This document shows positions 1-10,264 of a stretch of DNA of 64,000 nucleotides, one piece after another; the first letter of the stretch is position 1, and each line of letters opens with the position of its first letter. Location: the sequence record NZ_CP137560.1. One strand, given 5' to 3'. The notes under the pieces were generated by a model that had not been told where the DNA came from, ran no database searches, and saw only the letters and a program-made list of their open reading frames with translations. The position numbers and the translations under genes are program-made. This stretch comes from a plasmid.

Positions 1-919
1 TGACCCGTTGCTTGCCAAAGCCACTCATTTGAGCATATAGATAGGTTCCTTTCTTGACCGTAAGGTTACCTATTTCAATGTCATCCAACAGGCGAAGACG
101 GACGCGACTTCCATCCACGGCTTTCACATCTTCATCAATAATGGCGGAAATGAGCTTGGTTTTTCCCTTTTCCATACCCAAGGTATTGAAATACTCAGAT
201 ACCTCCTTGGTCTTCTTTGCAACTTTTTGAGGTTTCTCCTCATCTGTTTCCTTGCTCTTTGGATATGGTGTATTTGTATCCATGCTTTTTCCCGATTGAT
301 ACGTCTGTTCTCGTTTGAAAGTCCCTCTATCATATTTGTCTGCCACATGGCTTGGATAGTTCTGTTCATCCAGTTCAGAATTGGTATATCCGGCTAGGTT
401 CCGATTCATTTCCTCCCATTCTCTGTTCCTGCGTTGTCGCTGAAGCCTTGCGATTTCAGAGTCACTTACAGGAGCTACAAACTCATTAGAGGATGACGAA
501 TTTCGGCTTGCATTTTGACGAACCTTATTCTGCATGGCACGAAGTTTCTTCAGTTCTTCCTGTTCTGCCTGCTGTTGCTGGATAAGTTCAGCCTCCTTCT
601 CGTTATATTGACTCTCATAGTTTTCCTTCTTATTGACGGAATCACGGTCGTTTTCAACACTCTCAATACCGGAGAGGTCTGTTATCTTACCATACTGTCG
701 CTCCGTGTTATCCATCTTGCTACCAAGCAGTGAGTCTGTCTTGGCATCTGGAAGCGCACTGGATAGGTAGTCCGTGGTCTTGAGATTGGCATTGCCTGTA
801 TCCTTAATATCCAAGTTGAAGGTATCGATTACGAAATATCCCACGAAGAGAGAAAGTACGTAAACAAGAAGGGGCATCCAATACTTTCCTTCCTTAAAGT
901 TTATATTCTTAACTTTCAT
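1..919 (-). CDS. traM: Conjugative transposon TraM-like protein, C-terminus cut by window start
   Basis: Reverse-strand ORF starts at ATG 917-919 (MKVKNINFKEGKYWMPLLVYVLSLF... with an N-terminal TM). It runs off the window and lies downstream of traK/traL in a CTnDOT-like order. Confidence 0.65.
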   Translation of the reverse strand, partial: MKVKNINFKEGKYWMPLLVYVLSLFVGYFVIDTFNLDIKDTGNANLKTTDYLSSALPDAKTDSLLGSKMDNTERQYGKITDLSGIESVENDRDSVNKKENYESQYNEKEAELIQQQQAEQEELKKLRAMQNKVRQNASRNSSSSNEFVAPVSDSEIARLQRQRRNREWEEMNRNLAGYTNSELDEQNYPSHVADKYDRGTFKREQTYQSGKSMDTNTPYPKSKETDEEKPQKVAKKTKEVSEYFNTLGMEKGKTKLISAIIDEDVKAVDGSRVRLRLLDDIEIGNLTVKKGTYLYAQMSGFGKQRV

Positions 920-933
920 CATTGCAATGCGTA

Positions 934-1254
934 TTAATTGTTATGCTGTGGCTTATGCAAGGCTGAATCTACCTTTTCTACGGCCGTTATTCGTTCATGA
1001 CTTCGTTGCTTGTAAGACTTGACCAGATTCACCACATTGATGGTAAAACATCCAATGACTATGGTAAATACGGTAGCAAGAAATCCAATGCGATGTTTAT
1101 TAGCCGTCATCTGTAGGCGAGCTGCCAAGAAATTGATTCCGGATTTCTCAGCGAATTTCATACCTGCTCGTTTTTCCTTTTCGTAACGTTCCTTATATTT
1201 TGGATCGTCCTTGCTGGGCATTTGCTCGCCCAAGACCATTCTCTTTAAGCTCAT
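934..1254 (-). CDS. traL: Small membrane protein in the TraL position of the tra operon
   Basis: 106-aa ORF with a C-terminal TM helix, tightly packed between traK and traM. Confidence 0.5.
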   Translation of the reverse strand: MSLKRMVLGEQMPSKDDPKYKERYEKEKRAGMKFAEKSGINFLAARLQMTANKHRIGFLATVFTIVIGCFTINVVNLVKSYKQRSHERITAVEKVDSALHKPQHNN

Positions 1255-1272
1255 ATATTTTTCATTTATATG

Positions 1273-1914
1273 TTAGTATTCCGTTTTCTTTTTCTCTTCC
1301 AAGTCCTTGTTCAGAAGCGTTCTCCAGTTGGTAATCAAAATGCCATGAGGATTATTCTCCGTTCGGGGAACTTTCTTCAAGCTGCCAGCAGTCACAATCT
1401 GGCGCATCAGGATATTGGTTCTTCGCTCTATTCTCTGCCTGCCATAGTAGGTGAATGAAAGTGAGTCCTTGTTGAGTTTGATGCTGTCACAGAAAATACT
1501 GCAGATGGTGGAAGTACCAATGAGATTATTGTAGAATCCCTTTTCCTTGAGCGCATTATATTGTGCCAAGCCTGTTTCGTCAATGAGATACATGGCTTTC
1601 TCCATAGTGTATCGAATGTACTTATCGTCAGGAGCGAGCGTAAAGAATAAATGATGGAACATCTCAATATCACTCTTGGCTTCCACTTCAAAGGTCTCTT
1701 CCATGGATGTTTGTCTAACCAACACTGGTACATTTCCATCCAGCACATATACTTTTTTATGGGCATCGCTGACCATGCCTCTGGCTATGATGATGCTGCC
1801 CAAGCTGATGACGATACAGCCCATGAGAAAAAGGCTGCTGATGATCATCACCATCTTAATTTTGTTTTCTACGTTTTTTAATACTGCCATAATAGTATTT
1901 TCGTTATTAATCAA
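1273..1914 (-). CDS. traK: Conjugative transposon TraK-like protein
   Basis: 213-aa ORF with an N-terminal TM, 3 bp downstream of the traJ C-terminal fragment. Size and position match TraK of CTnDOT-family elements. Confidence 0.65.
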   Translation of the reverse strand: MINNENTIMAVLKNVENKIKMVMIISSLFLMGCIVISLGSIIIARGMVSDAHKKVYVLDGNVPVLVRQTSMEETFEVEAKSDIEMFHHLFFTLAPDDKYIRYTMEKAMYLIDETGLAQYNALKEKGFYNNLIGTSTICSIFCDSIKLNKDSLSFTYYGRQRIERRTNILMRQIVTAGSLKKVPRTENNPHGILITNWRTLLNKDLEEKKKTEY

Positions 1915-1916
1915 AT

Positions 1917-2223
1917 TTATCCCTTTGGTAATAGGCTCATGGCACTTTGCTTGGCCGACGCAGCCACACCCTCACCGAAATTTCTGGTACTGAAGGCTGT
2001 GTCACTTTCAGGAATCATCCAAGCTGCCAGGTCTGGAACCAGGTTCAAGCACTTCAGCGAGACAATTGATGCCACAAGTAAATAGCCGCAAGTCATAAAG
2101 GCATTATGAATGTAGCCTGTCATCTCACCCTTACCAGCTGTTATCACGGTTAAGTTTTCCACCTGAACGCTGATGACAATGTCAAAAAGCAGAAGGACAT
2201 AAAAACCTACGAAGTAGAGGATA
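1917..2223 (-). pseudogene. traJ: traJ C-terminal fragment, left junction of the IME-A insertion
   Basis: Encodes ...LYFVGFYVLLLFDIV...GEGVAASAKQSAMSLLPKG*. The shared LYFVG peptide continues the traJ N-fragment at 20118-20861. Sequence upstream of 2224 is element DNA. Confidence 0.65.
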
Positions 2224-2348
2224 TTATGGCATAAAACAAAGTCGTAATAAATCAAAAGAAACACACGTTATCCAATTGATACACAGATACTTCTTTGATT
2301 TGATTTCTTTTATTTCCTTGACTGTTAAAAATCTATTTTTGGTGCATT

Positions 2349-2370
2349 TTTGTTGCACGTTTGTTACGCG
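2349..2370 (+). repeat. 21-bp direct repeat TTTTGTTGCACGTTTGTTACG, copy 1 near the IME-A left end
   Basis: Identical 21-mer at 20064-20085. Copy 1 overlaps the -33 region of a TAACTTTG (-7) promoter upstream of int at 2454. Confidence 0.6.
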
Positions 2371-2453
2371 AAATAAAATAATCTTTATAACTTTGACCTC
2401 AGAGAAACCCGAATGGGGGCATAAAATAGAAACAAATAAAAGCATATAACAGC

Positions 2454-3620
2454 ATGGGAAGACAAAAGAAAGTATCAAAACCAAAAGAGCCTGTTCGCAT
2501 TCGTCAGCGCAAGTTGAAGAATGGAAATATCAGCCTCTATCTCGACATTTATTCAGATGGTATCAGAAAATACGAGTCGCTGTCGCTCTACCTCGTTCCT
2601 GAGAAAGACCCGATTTCAAAAGACCAGAACAGACACGCTATGCAGGTGGCAAACAAGGTGAAGTCAGAAAGAATATTGGGGCTGCAGAACCGTGGCATCA
2701 AACAATGGGAGAAAATCAAGCAGGAGAATATGCCACTGCTGACTTGGCTCTGCAAATATGAGCAGTCGGACGGCAACTTTGCCAAATCCACATTGAAAGG
2801 CAGAAAGGAGATGCGCCACAAGATAGAACAGTACCTTGCCACGACTGGCGACATCAATATCTGTTTGTCAGAAATAGATGTGGATTTCTGCCGTGGCTTC
2901 GTGAAGTTTTTGAAAACGGCACATCATGGAGTGAAGAAAGACGCTACAGCTGTAATCAGTCAAGGTTGCGCCCATCATCATCAGGCGGTATTCAATGGAG
3001 CGTTGAACAAGGCGGTGCGTGAGGGTATCATAGCAAGCAATCCAATGAAACTGTTGGATGCTAAGGAGAAGCATCAGCCAGCCGAAAGCGTAAGAGAATA
3101 TCTGACCATTGACGAGTTGAAAGCCATTATGAAAGCGGACTGCGCCAACACGGAAGTAAAAAAGGCTTTTATCTTCTCTTGCTTTGCAGGATTGCGCTTG
3201 GGAGATGTACGTGCGCTCACATGGAACAAGGTGTTTCTCGCATCTGACGGAAAGACAAAATTTGTCCGCACGATCATGGAGAAGACAAACAAGCTCGTTA
3301 ATGTTCCACTATCAAAAGAGGCTCTGAACTGCCTTAATGAAAAGGAAGACCCGAACGAGCCGATATTCACTTTGCCAGGCACTCCAACGGTATGTCACGA
3401 CATCCGTAAATGGATGCAAAATGCTGATATTAAAAAGCACATCTCGTTTCACTGCTCACGGCACACCTTCGCCACGATGATGCTGACACTTGGAGTTGAC
3501 ATCTATACAACAAGCAAATTATTGGGGCATAGCAATGTCTCTACAACACAGATATACAGCAAGATAGTGGACGAGAAAAAAGTGGAGGCAGTCAACAAGG
3601 TTGATAATCTATTTGATTAG
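2454..3620 (+). CDS. Tyrosine site-specific recombinase/integrase, first of a tandem pair
   Basis: 388 aa. N-terminus MGRQKKVSKPKEPVRIRQRK..ISLYLDIY is conserved with 21086 and 53830(-). C-terminal HxxR...Y catalytic region (HCSRHTFAT...LGHSNVSTTQIYSK). Confidence 0.9.
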   Translation: MGRQKKVSKPKEPVRIRQRKLKNGNISLYLDIYSDGIRKYESLSLYLVPEKDPISKDQNRHAMQVANKVKSERILGLQNRGIKQWEKIKQENMPLLTWLCKYEQSDGNFAKSTLKGRKEMRHKIEQYLATTGDINICLSEIDVDFCRGFVKFLKTAHHGVKKDATAVISQGCAHHHQAVFNGALNKAVREGIIASNPMKLLDAKEKHQPAESVREYLTIDELKAIMKADCANTEVKKAFIFSCFAGLRLGDVRALTWNKVFLASDGKTKFVRTIMEKTNKLVNVPLSKEALNCLNEKEDPNEPIFTLPGTPTVCHDIRKWMQNADIKKHISFHCSRHTFATMMLTLGVDIYTTSKLLGHSNVSTTQIYSKIVDEKKVEAVNKVDNLFD

Positions 3621-3644
3621 CACTAATAAAAAAGGTAACTGAAA

Positions 3645-4799
3645 ATGAGTATAGAGATAAGAACAAGAGTGTTAAAAAATGGTAGTCAGTCGCTATACCT
3701 TGACTGCTATGAGAATGGTAAAAGGGAATATGAGGCATTGCATTTGTACCTTATTCCAGAGGTGAACGAAGACGCAAAGCGAGAGAACAAGAACGCCATG
3801 AAAAAGGCGGTCGCTATAAAGGCTGAAAGACTCCTTGGTATTCGTAAGGAGGCAAAGTCTCCAGATGAAACGGCATTAAGAAAGGCATCGCCTGTTTTCT
3901 ATGAATGGCTGCTTGATTATCACAAGGGATTGATTGACAGCCAAGCGTATTCTCAGAACTACATCAAGAATGTATGGAAGCTGATAGCCATCATGCACCA
4001 ATATATGAAATACAGCCATAAAAGTGGCATACGATTGATAGACTTCAATAAAAACGTATATATGGGCTTCTTGAACTACATGAGGGACATCTATGTTTCG
4101 CCAAAGTCTCCAAGCAACCCTCAGAAGTTGGCACAGTCCACCATGCACCAAATGCAGACCACACTCAACACCATATTGAACAAGGCGGTCAGAAACGGTC
4201 TGATAAGTGCAAATCCTTTTGCTTCATTGGATATAAGGGAAAGGGTCAGCAAGGCAGAAAGTAATATCGTTGCATTGACAAAAGAAGAGGTCATGTCATT
4301 GGCTTCCGTAGAAACAGGCAGTCCTGCAACTAAACAATGTTATATGTTCTGTTGCTTTACAGGTTTAAGACATAGTGACATATCCAACTTAAGATGGAAG
4401 GATATTCGCCAAACTGATGCGGGATTGGCTATCTATCTGCCTCGTATGCAGAAAACCAAGCACCCCATTCTGATACCATTAGGCAAAAAGGCATTGGAAT
4501 GGTTGCCCGACAGGGAAGATAAAAGTGAAGATAGCCTTGTGTTTAACACACCGCAAATCTGCAACTGTGACAGAGCCCTGAAACACATGGCAAAACGAGC
4601 TGGCATTACAAAGGTTCTCGGATTTCACACAAGTCGGCACACTTTTGGAACATTGGCTATCCTCGCAGGATGTGACATCTTGACTGTGAGCAAACTATTG
4701 GGTCATAAAAGTGTTAAGACAACACAGATATATGCTTCCGTAGCCATGCAGATGAGAGCGGATGCCGTTAAGCGAGTGGAAAAAGTATTTGGAAATTAG
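3645..4799 (+). CDS. Tyrosine site-specific recombinase/integrase, second of a tandem pair
   Basis: 384 aa with SLYLDCY..LHLYLIP N-domain and C-terminal HTSRHTFGT...LGHKSVKTTQIYAS. Confidence 0.9.
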   Translation: MSIEIRTRVLKNGSQSLYLDCYENGKREYEALHLYLIPEVNEDAKRENKNAMKKAVAIKAERLLGIRKEAKSPDETALRKASPVFYEWLLDYHKGLIDSQAYSQNYIKNVWKLIAIMHQYMKYSHKSGIRLIDFNKNVYMGFLNYMRDIYVSPKSPSNPQKLAQSTMHQMQTTLNTILNKAVRNGLISANPFASLDIRERVSKAESNIVALTKEEVMSLASVETGSPATKQCYMFCCFTGLRHSDISNLRWKDIRQTDAGLAIYLPRMQKTKHPILIPLGKKALEWLPDREDKSEDSLVFNTPQICNCDRALKHMAKRAGITKVLGFHTSRHTFGTLAILAGCDILTVSKLLGHKSVKTTQIYASVAMQMRADAVKRVEKVFGN

Positions 4800-4965
4800 G
4801 GAAGAAAAGAAAGGGAGTAAGGAGGATAAAATCTCTTTATTCCCTTATTTCGTATCAAATGGGTGTAAAAGTGTGAAATATCGTTATATTTTTGCCTATT
4901 AGAGCCACATAACGAATTATTATCGCAAAATTTAATGTATATTTGCAGTAAAATTCGGTGAAAAT

Positions 4966-5172
4966 ATGAAACTGAACAGAATAAAAGATACGTTGGAAGA
5001 AAAAGGCATCTCTCAGACATGGCTTGCAAAACAGCTTGGGAAGAGCTTTAGTACAGTAAACTGCTACGCCAGGAATAAATACCAGCCAGATTTGGAAACA
5101 TTGCTTGAAATATCCAAAATTCTACAAGTCGATTTGAAGGACTTGATAACAGACGAGGACGAGCGAGAGTAA
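4966..5172 (+). CDS. XRE-family HTH transcriptional regulator, candidate controller of the R-M operon
   Basis: 68 aa with ISQTWLAKQLGKSFSTVNCYARNKYQPDLETLLEISKILQV, a Cro/C1-type HTH. It ends 60 bp upstream of hsdR. Confidence 0.7.
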   Translation: MKLNRIKDTLEEKGISQTWLAKQLGKSFSTVNCYARNKYQPDLETLLEISKILQVDLKDLITDEDERE

Positions 5173-5232
5173 AAACGCCAAATGCTGGATTTTTAGAACT
5201 GGACAAAATAACTTCCGATAATAAAACGTTAT

Positions 5233-7635
5233 TTGAACATGGGCATAAGCAAAGAACTTACAGAAGAGGACATCAAGTTCCGCTATATCAACGAAGCCAT
5301 CACAAGCAAGGGATGGTCAAAGGATAGTATATTCATGGAACAGAAGGTTAAATTTACTGACGGTAAAATTAGCCTTCATGGTAATCTTGTGCATAGAGAG
5401 AAACCGAAGTTTGCCGACTATGTACTTTATGCAAATAAGGCAACACCCATTGCTATTGTAGAAGCAAAGGATGCCAATCATTCTGTTTCTCATGGATTGC
5501 AACAAGCCATGACCTATGCCCAAATGCTTGATGTGAAGTTTGCATACAGTTCAAATGGTGAAGGTTTTGCCGAACATGACTTCTTGACAGGCAGGGAACG
5601 CACTTTTGCTATGAACGAATTTCCAACAAAAGAAGAACTTGTCGAAAGATATAAAAATGAGGCTAACGATGGAAACGGACTTAACGAACAAGAGCTGGCT
5701 ATTATAGAGCAGCCTTTTTGCACTGGTCAGAATATATTTCCGCCACGATATTATCAGCGCAATGCAGTAAACCGCACAGTTGGTGCCATTGCCAAAGGAC
5801 AAAACCGTGTGCTCCTTGTCATGGCAACTGGCACAGGCAAGACATATACTGCATTTCAGATTGTATGGCGTTTGCTTAAAAGTGGTTTGAAGAAGAAAGT
5901 GTTGTATCTTGCAGACCGAAACATATTGGTTGACCAATCCATACAGCAGGATTTCAAGCCATTAGAAAAGGTGACACACAAGATTGACTACTCAAAAGAT
6001 AAGAACCACTTGGAAGAACTTGGCTCTTATCAAGTGTTCTTTGCACTCTATCAACAGTTGATTGGACAGAATGATGCCAAAAACTATAAGGAGCTGTTTC
6101 CTAATCCAGACTATTTTGACCTTGTTATCGTTGATGAGTGTCATAGAGGTAGCGCAAAGGATGATAGCAACTGGCGAAACATCTTGGAATACTTTTCTTC
6201 GGCTACTCATATAGGTATGACTGCCACACCTAAAGAAACAAAATATCAGTCAAGTATTGGCTACTTTGGTGAACCAGTCTATACTTACAGTCTTAAAAAC
6301 GGAATTGAGGACGGTTTCCTTGCTCCTTTCAAGGTTATCAACATCACAACGAACATCGGTGACGAGTGGAGACCGACAAAGGGACAAAAGGATATATACG
6401 GCAACGAGATAGAAGACCGCATTTATAATAACAGCGACTATGATTATAACATTGTCATAGAAGATCGTATAAGGGAAGTTGCGAAAGAGATAACCAACTA
6501 TCTGAAAAGTACAGATCGCATGGCTAAGACCATAGTGTTCTGTGCTGATGAAACTCATGCGGAACGTATGCGTATGGCTTTGGCTAATGCCAATGCTGAC
6601 ATGTGCAAGAAAAATCCCGACTATGTGGTTCGTATAACTGGTAGTGACGAATACGGAAAAGGCAAGTTGGATTATTTCATTTCTGTTGCCGAGAAATATC
6701 CTGTCATAGCAACTACAAGTAAGTTGCTTTCAACAGGTGTTGATTGCAAAATGACAAAACTGATTGTGCTTGACCAACAAATCGGCTCTATGACAGAGTT
6801 CAAACAAATAATTGGTCGTGGCACTCGTCTTCGTGAGAAAGAAGGAAAGACATACTTCACAGTAATGGACTTCCGCAACGTAACACGATTGTTTGCTGAC
6901 CCTGATTGGGATGGACCGATTGAGATAGACCCGAATTATCCGCCTAAACCACATATTTGTCCTGTATGTGGACAGAATCCATGCGTGTGTCCCAAACCGA
7001 CACCAGAACCCTGCCCAGTATGTGGTCAGATACCATGTATTTGCCAACAACCGCCCAAACTGCCTAAGCCAATAGTCAACTCGGACGGTTGTACAGTAAA
7101 GGTCATTAACAAGGTCGTTTCTGTCTATGACACAAATGGTAAGTTGCTTCGCACGGAAAGCATTACCGACTATACAAAGAAAAGTATCATAGACACATAC
7201 GCTACGATTGATACATTCACTTCCAAGTGGCAAGAAACCAAGAAAAAGTCAGATATTGCTGAAATGCTTAAAGACAGTGGTATTGATCTTGCAGCATTGA
7301 AGCACGACCAAGACATGGACGATGTGGATGATTTCGATTTCATCTGCCATATAGCCTACGGCAAGAAAACACTTACACGACATGAGCGTGCCGAACAAGT
7401 GAAGAAACGAGACATATTCAGCAAGTATGGTGAACAGGCACGACTTGTGCTTGAAGCCCTGTTGGATAAGTACACCAAGGAAGGTGTGTCTGAATTGGAA
7501 AGCCTTACTGTGCTTGAAAATGACCCATTCCGCAAATTGGGCTCAAAGGCAAACATCGTGAAGTTCTTTGGTGGCAAGCAAGGCTATCTTGATGCCGTAA
7601 AGGAACTGGAACAATACATATATAATATAGCATAA
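5233..7635 (+). CDS. hsdR: Type I restriction enzyme R subunit
   Basis: 800 aa. N-terminal PD-(D/E)xK (ADYVLYANKATPIAIVEAKD). Helicase motifs LLVMATGTGKTYTAFQ (Walker A) and DLVIVDECHRG (DEAH). Unusual Cys-rich CPVCGQxPCxC x2 insert near the C-terminus. Confidence 0.93.
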   Translation: MNMGISKELTEEDIKFRYINEAITSKGWSKDSIFMEQKVKFTDGKISLHGNLVHREKPKFADYVLYANKATPIAIVEAKDANHSVSHGLQQAMTYAQMLDVKFAYSSNGEGFAEHDFLTGRERTFAMNEFPTKEELVERYKNEANDGNGLNEQELAIIEQPFCTGQNIFPPRYYQRNAVNRTVGAIAKGQNRVLLVMATGTGKTYTAFQIVWRLLKSGLKKKVLYLADRNILVDQSIQQDFKPLEKVTHKIDYSKDKNHLEELGSYQVFFALYQQLIGQNDAKNYKELFPNPDYFDLVIVDECHRGSAKDDSNWRNILEYFSSATHIGMTATPKETKYQSSIGYFGEPVYTYSLKNGIEDGFLAPFKVINITTNIGDEWRPTKGQKDIYGNEIEDRIYNNSDYDYNIVIEDRIREVAKEITNYLKSTDRMAKTIVFCADETHAERMRMALANANADMCKKNPDYVVRITGSDEYGKGKLDYFISVAEKYPVIATTSKLLSTGVDCKMTKLIVLDQQIGSMTEFKQIIGRGTRLREKEGKTYFTVMDFRNVTRLFADPDWDGPIEIDPNYPPKPHICPVCGQNPCVCPKPTPEPCPVCGQIPCICQQPPKLPKPIVNSDGCTVKVINKVVSVYDTNGKLLRTESITDYTKKSIIDTYATIDTFTSKWQETKKKSDIAEMLKDSGIDLAALKHDQDMDDVDDFDFICHIAYGKKTLTRHERAEQVKKRDIFSKYGEQARLVLEALLDKYTKEGVSELESLTVLENDPFRKLGSKANIVKFFGGKQGYLDAVKELEQYIYNIA

Positions 7636-7649
7636 AATAGAAACAAAAT

Positions 7650-9161
7650 ATGAGTTTATCAAATTTCGTAAAACGAGTACGCAATATAATGCGCAATGAT
7701 GCCGGTATCAACGGTGATGCGCAACGCATAGAACAAATGGCGTGGATGCTGTTTTTGAAAGTCTATGACGAGAAAGAGAATGACTGGGAGTTGGACGATG
7801 ATGATTACAAGTCTATTATTCCAGAAGAATGCCGTTGGCGCAACTGGGCGCATGACGATGGAAGCGGTAAAGCCTTGACTGGTGATGAGCTACTTTCGTT
7901 TGTCAACAACACATTGTTTGTGGAACTCAAAAACATAGAGATAACACCAACTACCCCTATCCGTCAGGCGATTGTAAAGACCACATTTGAGGATGCCAAC
8001 CAATATATGAAAGACGGAGTTCAACTTCGTCAAGTGCTGAATGTGATTGACGGTTTGAACCTTGGTGACTATGAGGAAAGTCATGCTTTCGGTGAGATAT
8101 ACGAGACTATTCTCAAAGAAATGCAGTCGGCTGGTTCTTCTGGTGAGTTCTACACCCCAAGAGCCTTAACCGAATTTATGGCAGAGATAGTCAATCCGCA
8201 GATTGGTGAGAAAATGGCAGACTTCGCTTGTGGTACAGGAGGTTTCATCACAAGTTGGTTGGGTGAATTGGACAAGAAGGTAAAGACTGCAGAAGACCGC
8301 AAAGAGTACAATCAGTCTGTATTTGGCATAGAAAAGAAACAGTTCCCATATATGTTATGTGTAACAAACCTGTTGCTGCATGGCATTGATACACCATTGG
8401 TATATCACGACAACTCGCTTACAAAAGATGTACTCAACTATACAGACGGAGACAAGTTTGATGTTGTGTTGATGAACCCACCATACGGTGGTAACGAGAA
8501 ATCGGATGTCAAGTCACACTTCCCTTCAGATATGCGCAGTAGCGAGACTGCCGACCTCTTCATGGTGCTTATCATGTATCGCTTGAAGAAGAATGGTCGT
8601 GCAGCGGTCATTGTCCCAGACGGTTTCCTGTTTGGAGCAGACAACACAAAGATAGCCATCAAGACCAAGCTGCTTAGAGATTTCAACTTGCATACCATTA
8701 TCCGTTTGCCAGGCAGCATCTTTGCGCCCTACACTTCCATTGCCACGAACATTCTATTCTTCGACAATACCAGTGCGGAGGGTGCTCCAGAGGGCTATTC
8801 TACAAAGGAAACGTGGTTCTATCGTTTGGATATGCCAGAGGGTTACAAGCATTTCTCCAAGACAAAGTCCATGAAGTCGGAACATTGCGACCCAATCCGT
8901 GAGTGGTGGAACGACCGTAAGGAGATTATTATTGCTGATGGTGACGAGAAATCTCGTTGCTATTCAGTTGAAGACCTTATCGCCACCGATTGCAACTTCG
9001 ACTTGTGCAAGTTCCCGAAAGAGGATGAAGAAATCTTGCCTCCTGCCGAACTGCTTGCCGACTATTTCAAGAAGCGCAAAGCTCTTGATCATGAAATTGA
9101 TAAGACATTGGCGGAGATACAGCGTATCTTGGGAATAAATGTAAATGTGGACGAATTGTAA
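7650..9161 (+). CDS. hsdM: Type I R-M N6-adenine DNA methyltransferase M subunit
   Basis: 503 aa with an HsdM N-domain and the catalytic motif VLMNPPYGG. It lies 15 bp after hsdR. Confidence 0.93.
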   Translation: MSLSNFVKRVRNIMRNDAGINGDAQRIEQMAWMLFLKVYDEKENDWELDDDDYKSIIPEECRWRNWAHDDGSGKALTGDELLSFVNNTLFVELKNIEITPTTPIRQAIVKTTFEDANQYMKDGVQLRQVLNVIDGLNLGDYEESHAFGEIYETILKEMQSAGSSGEFYTPRALTEFMAEIVNPQIGEKMADFACGTGGFITSWLGELDKKVKTAEDRKEYNQSVFGIEKKQFPYMLCVTNLLLHGIDTPLVYHDNSLTKDVLNYTDGDKFDVVLMNPPYGGNEKSDVKSHFPSDMRSSETADLFMVLIMYRLKKNGRAAVIVPDGFLFGADNTKIAIKTKLLRDFNLHTIIRLPGSIFAPYTSIATNILFFDNTSAEGAPEGYSTKETWFYRLDMPEGYKHFSKTKSMKSEHCDPIREWWNDRKEIIIADGDEKSRCYSVEDLIATDCNFDLCKFPKEDEEILPPAELLADYFKKRKALDHEIDKTLAEIQRILGINVNVDEL

Positions 9162-9198
9162 AATGTGGAACGGTGTTCCACAAATCTAAAAGATTGGC

Positions 9199-10224
9199 AT
9201 GGAGAATAAAGGTTTGACAAACATAAATGATGCTGCCTATCAGAAGTTGATAGACAACATAACCACGCTATGGGGTGAGGCGAAGTCAAAAGCCATTGCT
9301 GCGGTCAATACGGAATTGCTTGATGCCAACTGGCAAACAGGAAAGTATATTGTTGAATTTGAACAGGGTGGTAAACAAAGAGCAGAATATGGCAAAAGGT
9401 TACTTGTAAACCTTGCAAAGGATTTGACAGCAAGAAACGGAAAAGGTTTTAACCGAACAAACCTTACCTATATGCGCAAGTTGTACTTGGCTTTCCCAAA
9501 ATGTGGGACACTGTCCCACAAATTGACATGGAGCCATTATTATGAACTGTTGAAGTGTGATAATGCGCTTGAAATGCAGTTCTATTATAAGGAATCCATC
9601 AAGGAATGTTGGAAAGTTAGGGAACTAAAAAGACAGATGAAAAGTTGTCTGTTTCAGCGACTTGCACTAAGCACAGACAAGGCTGGAGTTCTTTCTTTGG
9701 CAAACGAGGGGCATCAAGTACAAACACCGCAAGACATCATCCGTGACCCTTTCGTGCTTGAATTTGCAGGACTTCCCAAACAGAAACGCTATAAGGAGAG
9801 TGACTTAGAAAAGGCTCTTAAAGACCACATGGAGCAGTTCCTTTTGGAAATGGGACGTGGTTTTGCATTTGTGGGCAGACAATACTCCATGCAGATAGGA
9901 AGCCGACAGTTCAAGGTGGATTTGGTGTTCTACCACTGTATCTTGAAGTGCTATGTGTTGATTGATTTGAAGCGAGCAGAGATAAAGCATGGTGATATTG
10001 GGCAGATGAACCTCTACTTGAACTACTTCAAAACAGAAGTGTGTCAACCTGACGATAATCCACCCATTGGCATAGTTTTGGGAGCAAGAAAAGACGAACT
10101 TCTGATGGAGTATGCCTTGGAAGGCATAACCAATCAATTGTTTGTAGCACGTTACCAACTCTATTTGCCAAAGCGTGAAGAACTGCAAGCGCAACTTGAC
10201 AAATTATTGGACGAAGCAGAGTAA
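9199..10224 (+). CDS. YhcG-like DUF1016 / PD-(D/E)xK nuclease-family protein embedded in the hsd operon
   Basis: 341 aa with the C-terminal pattern ...FKVDLVFYHCILKCYVLIDLKRAEIKHGDIGQMNLYLNYF, typical of DUF1016 proteins often found between hsdM and hsdS. Confidence 0.65.
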   Translation: MENKGLTNINDAAYQKLIDNITTLWGEAKSKAIAAVNTELLDANWQTGKYIVEFEQGGKQRAEYGKRLLVNLAKDLTARNGKGFNRTNLTYMRKLYLAFPKCGTLSHKLTWSHYYELLKCDNALEMQFYYKESIKECWKVRELKRQMKSCLFQRLALSTDKAGVLSLANEGHQVQTPQDIIRDPFVLEFAGLPKQKRYKESDLEKALKDHMEQFLLEMGRGFAFVGRQYSMQIGSRQFKVDLVFYHCILKCYVLIDLKRAEIKHGDIGQMNLYLNYFKTEVCQPDDNPPIGIVLGARKDELLMEYALEGITNQLFVARYQLYLPKREELQAQLDKLLDEAE

Positions 10225-10264
10225 CAACAATAAAATAAGGACATTTCGATTTTATAGAATAATT

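Noticed and set aside
5317-7233. Multiple minus-strand ORFs (5317-5523, 5514-5723, 5551-5937, 5992-6210, 6250-6558, 6730-7233) inside hsdR
   Set aside because: They are antisense shadow ORFs within a well-supported 800-aa helicase/nuclease gene, with low-complexity Cys/Phe-rich translations.
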